This document shows, piece by piece, positions 57,701-64,000 of a stretch of DNA of 64,000 bases; the stretch's first letter is position 1; every line of letters begins with the position of its first letter. Source of the DNA: Auanema rhodensis (taxonomy: Eukaryota; Animalia; Nematoda). The position numbers and the translations under genes were made by a program. The stretch lies in contig OZ059895.1 of the NCBI GenBank assembly GCA_964057225.1, forward strand, positions 13,268,001-13,332,000, read 5' to 3'. The notes under the pieces were generated by a model. It did not search any database, was not told the DNA's origin, and was given only the letters and a program-made list of their open reading frames with translations.

Positions 57701-57985
57701 TATGATTTTTTTTTCTCATTTAAGTAAGACATAAAATTCTACACAAATTATTGTACATTTTTATTTTTTCACTCTCATAAAAATATTGTATCAATAACCA
57801 AAATTTCAAAATAAAATTATACATCATACTTGGAATCTTTCAAAAATCACTGCAAAGTTTTAATCAACAATCTTCATCATTTTTTTTCACCTAACTGGTC
57901 AAAAAGGAGGCGACAAAAAGGAAGGAACAGACCGACCTAGTTTTAAAAAGGATAAAAAGGACAGAAAACAGTAACAAAGATAACA

Positions 57986-58588
57986 ATGTCCACCCAACTC
58001 CCTGAAGCCGTCGAAATTCCCCTCATGATGGCCAAAAAGAGATGGCTTTCAATTCAACTATTAGTAAGAGAATTGAAGCAGCTAGGCGCCAATACCATCG
58101 CCAACCGCCCCAGGAAAGAGAAGATCCTGAAAGAGTTAGTTCAAGGACTAACAAGAGCGAACACCAGTACTGAAACGCTCAAAATCCTATGTTACCAATA
58201 CGACAAGGATCAACTGTCGGAGGTTGACCACTGCATAGGACCATGGACCAACACAGCAGGAGTCATCCGAGATGCCATTGCTGAACTAAGGGACCAACTA
58301 GGTTATTCACCTAGTTGCGATTCACCAGAACAGCAGACACCAAACTGGATTATTGCTGAGACCCATTCGGCCTATCAAGAATGGAGCCTGCAACATTGCA
58401 GCGAACTGCCATCCACAGAGGCAAGAAAAAGCATTTTAAATGCTCTACAAATATTTCTGGCATCACCAGCAACCACCAAGGAAGAAATGGAAAGAAAAAC
58501 GGATTTATGCAACAAGACTATGGATCTTCTCCACGACCTAGGATCATCACCATTACCAGAGATACACCAGTATTATGAAGAATACTAA
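57986..58588 (+). CDS. 200-aa hypothetical protein, copy 3
   Basis: Identical protein to copy 1. Confidence 0.6.
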   Translation: MSTQLPEAVEIPLMMAKKRWLSIQLLVRELKQLGANTIANRPRKEKILKELVQGLTRANTSTETLKILCYQYDKDQLSEVDHCIGPWTNTAGVIRDAIAELRDQLGYSPSCDSPEQQTPNWIIAETHSAYQEWSLQHCSELPSTEARKSILNALQIFLASPATTKEEMERKTDLCNKTMDLLHDLGSSPLPEIHQYYEEY

Positions 58589-58886
58589 AAAGAACTTTTG
58601 AAAGATTCCCAGTATGATATATGATATATTATTTTGTAATTACATTGTTTTCCTTTATTTTTTTCTCATAAAATTGTTCTGTATTATCAGTATTCTTTTA
58701 TTTTTTTGAAACATTTCATACAACTTTCACATTTGCATGGAATTTCACTTTCTCGATGTAGCTGAGGTCAGCTACTTTTTCGATATTAGGCATGTTCCAT
58801 ACGTGTCCTATAAGTAGAGCGATTGACAACGTCGATTGCTTTTCTCCTTCTACTAGATTGACACTTTATTGTGTCACCTGGTAGTT

Positions 58887-61800
58887 ATGGATGACTGCAC
58901 GGCCGTTTCGTCTAATAACTTAATTGTTATGGACGACACCGGTTACCGATCTGAAAAATTTCCAACAGATGATAAATGTATGGGAGACTTTCTTTTATCC
59001 GTATCAGCGGATAAAAATTTTGATCCCGTCCTTAAAAATGTAATCCTTAACAACCCAAATAGTAGTGTTGCAGCAGCTGTTAAAGCCAGTGTATTGGACA
59101 ACCGTATGAAGTGAATTAATTTTGACTCTTCGGGACGAATTTTGATTAGATTACAACAGATTTTATCTAGTGAACAATTACAAGACATTCAAAAAAATTT
59201 TTCTTGTTTTAGAATTGAGACCAGTAACACCGATGGTGGACCTCATTCACTAGCTCGTGCCTTACGCACTGTAGCTTTTTACTACATAAGATACCAATTC
59301 TTTCGCTCTTTGGAAATGTTCAAGACATTAACACCCAGCGGTAAATACCATGTAGTACAAAAGGATATAGGATCAAATCCCATGCAGTTTGTTAATAGTG
59401 GCTTTTACTCCGTTCACTGTTGCTGTCCAGTTGTGAACACGGCTGACGTTTTTAGACGTAATAATTACGTAGCTCAAGCAACTATGATTGTGAATAATTC
59501 CTTTGATAGCAATAAAGTTTATCATTGTAAAAAAATACTCTCTATGGATTCTAATTATATTTGTTCTCAACTTTCCCAGTACTGTAAGATAAAAGCCCCT
59601 TTTGTATCCTTTTTACATTCTGTTTATGATCTTTCTCCAGCTGACATTGTTCAGACCTTAGATAACTGTGAAGCTATTAGGGCCGTCGGAGTTATATTAT
59701 TCGACCCCGTTGTTTTAATTAAAAAAAATGGTATGTTACCAGATATTGACGCATCTTTTACCCGCTATAAACAGTTTGGAGTCGAATATATTAGATTCTC
59801 ATTTGATAACGATGTTCAATTGTGTTACACTCATCGTTGGGACACTTATATTTTTATCATAAAAGCTTTTGTTCTAACTTCTACCACCTCTTTATATAGT
59901 TATGCGGTGGCTGGGCTATTACAATTTAAGAGTCATTTTTTCTTTGACATTGCAAGGATTGACACTTCTATTCCCCGTCATATTAGCGGGCGTACTTTTA
60001 AATTGAACTCCGACAAAAAATCCTATATTCGTACATACGATTTTGATGAATCTTCATCTTTTTTTAAAACCAAAAATAAATTGAAATATGCTTATATCTG
60101 TGTATCAACTAGCTTGTTTGAAAACATGTTAAAACATGGTATGACCTTGGGTGAGGGTAAATTCACCGTCAAAAATATCCTGTCAATGGGTATTTCTCTT
60201 GATAGTCGTGTTGTAGTCAATGGACAAACAATCTCCAGTTCTGACGAACGACATTCTGCTGATACTCTCCGAATACTGGCTCATACTGTTTATATGCTAA
60301 TTTATGTCAGCAATTACAGTTCAACTAAGACTATAAAGGAATTGACGGATGACATTTCTATTTCTAGATCTTTATCCTTATTTCCCCGGTTCACCCGTTT
60401 ATTCTCCATGATGAAGTATTCCGACAAGACCGAAAACCTATTGTCCGCCATGTCTAAAGCTCATGACAATGACCTTACAGTGTCATCAATGTCAGACCAG
60501 ACTGTTTGCGACGACACATCTCGGATGAAGGGTTGGCGGGATTGTGTACTGGGCGGGACTCTTTATGATATAAAGATTTTCCGTAATATCGGTTATATTG
60601 ATATTGACCGACAGGTTTCCCAACTTGTCCATCGCGAAGTACGGAAGACTATTGACCATCCCCTATATAAATTGTGGTTGCCTAATGACTTCGAATGTTC
60701 ATCTGGTGAAGATTCTGATGAGTATTTTGATGCAGAAGAGGGTGTTATTGATACTTCGACGTCTTTTGAACCGGTATCTGTGTCGGTTTCACATTCCTGC
60801 CAAAGTAACGTTGAAATTATCCCCACTCCTGGTGACGGCGACTGTCTTTTTCACGCTTTGAGACTTACGGGTGCTACTACCGATAGTCCACCATCAATTC
60901 GTGATAAACTTAGCCATGCCCCTAACATCGGTGAGAAGACAAAGAATCTTCTGTTAGCCGGTATTAACGATCCCTCTAATGTTGATAATTGGGGAACAGA
61001 TGAGCATATTGAGTTGTTCAGTGGTCTATACCGTGTTAAGATTTGCTTACACGATACTTCCACTGGTCAGTTTCGACTTTATACTCCTCGTACGCTAGCA
61101 TCTGAACAATTATATCACGTTCATTATACGCCTGGTCATTTTTCTGCTTTGAAAGTTTGTCCGAACCGTTTGATGGTATTAACATCTGACGATGTGTTCG
61201 ATTGTAACGACGCTCCTTTGATTGATAAATTCAGAGACATTTATGACAAAACTTTTGAGAATGTCTCTAATCGTAAACATAAGCTGATTAAAAACATAAT
61301 GACTCCTACATCTAATATCGGCACTGGAGGATACATTTGTCGCTCGGCCTTAAAACTGTGCGAATTACACGCCTTTGGGCTGATCGATTTCTGTTATGTC
61401 GATATAATCGACTTATGTTCTAGCCCCGGAGGGTTTTCTGAATATTTATTACATAACTCTAACAGTTTTATTCATGCTGTGCCTGGACCTAAATCCATGT
61501 TAATATTCGATAACCGTTTAACTCCCTATTGTGACCCTGTAACAAGATCGTCAAATTTGCTTGATGACGATATTCGAAACTCTATGGTTGAATTAATAAA
61601 GAAGAACACCAATGACAGACTACTTATTTTAGCTGACGGAGCCATATCTGAAACAGCTGTTAATCCTCTTCTTCGTGCTGACAATAACTATGATCTCATT
61701 TATGCTGAAATCTCCACCGCATTCGATCTATTGCATGATAACGGCAAATTGGTTATTAAACTGTTTTACCCTTATGCTATTAGTACTCAGATTTTATTGC

Positions 61801-63356
61801 GCCGATTACTTTCGAGATTTGCGAAATTAACGGTTCTTTTCTTGTCTACCTCCACACCTATTTCTTGTGAATTTTATGTTTTATGTGAGGGGTATACTAA
61901 ATCCGAAATTGTAAGATCTGATTTTAACTACACCGGGTTTTTCCGCTCCGTTTGTAACAATTTTGATATAAAAAGATCGGACGGATTAAATACCTATCTT
62001 CAATATAGTAAATATTACGACACTCTTGATAAAAAAATCAAGGATATATCCGGTAAGGACTTCCCTTTCAATCATTGCGATATTGAACTAGAATCCACAT
62101 TACGCAAGTACCTAAAACCTCAAAAATTTTTGGGTTTATATGGTGGTGGTCTTGTAAGCTCAAAACCGTCATGTGATCCAGTCTTAGATCCAGATGTGTG
62201 CGAAACAGAGGATGTTATCTCTCGTCATCACGAGTTGTCCCCGTATAATTTAATTTGCGTTGATCAGGGAATTGCAAAGCCCTTTATTTATTGGTACTTA
62301 AAGAAGAGGGTCGAGACACTTGGTGATTCCGATCTTCTACGTGCTGTTGAGACTTCCAACGATGATTTTTATCGTCTGCATAAATACTTCGTCGCGAAAA
62401 AGTATACCGACATGGTATTATCTCAAGAAGCTATTAGATATTTTGAGAGATTGGTAAATTTCTCAATTGAATCCCATATTATTCATCCACCGTTGGATCC
62501 TGTTTTCTTATCTTTTGACAGACAATTGGGAATGTCTGGAAATTTAGGTGAAAACTTTTATGGTAACTGGTTGCGGCGTACTCCACTTACAGAATTGGAA
62601 GAGACTAAATTTACTGATGTATTACCAGAAATATCGGTTGTTAAACCAATATTTACGTCGACACCAGATGCTACCCAAGACACTACTTTCACCTTTAATG
62701 TAAAAAAAACCAAATTTCTCAAATTTTCGTATTTAAATCTATTTGTTGGTGGCGCCTTTTCCTATTATTGCTTAAATAACCTCTATAAACGTTCGTATTT
62801 TATAGATTCGCATCACAACCAATGTGTTAATTCTTTGTATAACTTATTATCAGTTCATAATGTATATAACAGTCTCCCTAAATCCATTTGTATGTCTAAT
62901 ATTATTTTTAATAATTTATGTAGAAATTCTGTAAAATATGATTTTATATCCTCTACAGTCGCACAACAGGTTCACGTTGATTCAAAATTTAATGCCACCG
63001 CAATATTTTCGGGCATTGCAGCCCTGTTAAGATTTTTGACTGCCTTTCGAATTGACTCAACTGAGGAACTTGTTCCTAATGACTACAACGCCGGTAATAC
63101 CATTAAAGATAAACACCATCCACACACTATGTTCTCAACAACTCTCTTCAACGGTGTTAGAGAATATATCGCTACCAAATTGCGTAAGTCTAGGGCTAAT
63201 GAATCTGACACTTCAGAAAATGTGATCGATGATATCCAAAAAACGTCAGCAACTATCCCAACTCCGATTTTAAATGATACTACACCCTTTAATGATGCAA
63301 TTGAAGAGTATGCCGAATATTTGACATTATATTCTAAGACTAAAAAGGTCTTTTGA
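58887..63356 (+). pseudogene. Endogenous viral replicase fragment, copy 3
   Basis: Near-identical to copies 1 and 2 (NDTT vs NNTT); same in-frame stop at 59112. Confidence 0.93.
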
Positions 63357-64000
63357 AAGATTCCCAGTATGATATATGATATATTATTTTGTAATTACAT
63401 TGTTTTCCTTCATTTTTTCTCATAAAATTGTTCTGTATTATCAGTATTCTTTTATTTTTTGAAACATTTCATACAACTTTCATATTAGCATGGAATTTCA
63501 CTTTCTCGATGTAGCTGAGGTCAGCTACTTTTTCGATAGTAGGCATGTTCCATACGTGTCCTATAAGTAGAGCGATTGACAACGTCAATCGCTTATAAAA
63601 CGGAACATTATAAAAACAAATAGCTGACGCTACATTTGAGAAACAGGAATTCAATGCAATAAAGAACGAACACTTTTTCATATTAAGTTTAATCAAAGAA
63701 AGCCCAATTCAAGCGGAACCAAGTTCCGCGGACCTGATATAACGACTTTTTATGCTCGTAAGGAAAACTATATAAGTTTTCCTTACGAGTCCTTTGGGCT
63801 GCGACTAGGAATCATTATGTAACTTTTATTATTGTAATTTGTATACTTTATCATGAATAAACCTTTCTCTCTATACTCTTTATCATTTATATTTGGAAGA
63901 AAAGAAAGTAATTCCATGTGGTTACCCAGCCGGAACCCTGGGGAACCACCATGGAACGTAACGTAGAAAATTACATAACTAACATGAAATTGGAAAAAAA

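Larger units (their letters stand above)
55090..63958 (+). mobile_element. Non-autonomous LTR element with viral insert, copy 3 (complete)
   Basis: LTRs 55090-55502 and 63546-63958, PBS 55503-55521, TSD TAAC (55086-55089 / 63959-63962). Confidence 0.93.

Noticed and set aside
36724-63958. Three independent site-specific transpositions
   Set aside because: The inverted copy carries its flanking spacer and 5S with it, and copies 1 and 3 share a private flank SNP, so segmental duplication is simpler.

Overview
Eukaryotic (nematode-type) 5S rDNA tandem array (~529-bp unit; 29 intact 5S genes, one split, one inverted fragment) invaded by three young LTR elements. (1) 3962-15427: intact Ty3/Gypsy (Metaviridae) element with non-canonical CG...CG LTR ends and a tRNA-Gln PBS. 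Its single ORF runs Gag - herpes gB-like Env - PR-RT-RH-IN, so env lies between gag and pol. (2) 26131-36342: BEL/Pao element inserted inside a 5S gene. It has a phlebovirus Gc-like Env, one frameshift in RNase H, and two divergent accessory genes, one an antisense 3-exon gene not visible in the ORF track. (3) The main finding is a ~4.1-kb non-autonomous Gypsy-type LTR element (no pol) that has captured ~4.5 kb of the 5' end of a +ssRNA nege/kita/virga-like virus replicase (capping MTase, OTU protease, FtsJ 2'-O-MTase). The junctions look like a double reverse-transcriptase template switch between two slightly different element RNAs. The virus-loaded element occurs three times at the same 5S-spacer site, arranged direct-inverted-direct, forming ~8.5-kb inverted repeats that could produce antiviral dsRNA/siRNA. 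All calls are by eye from motifs; no database searches were run.
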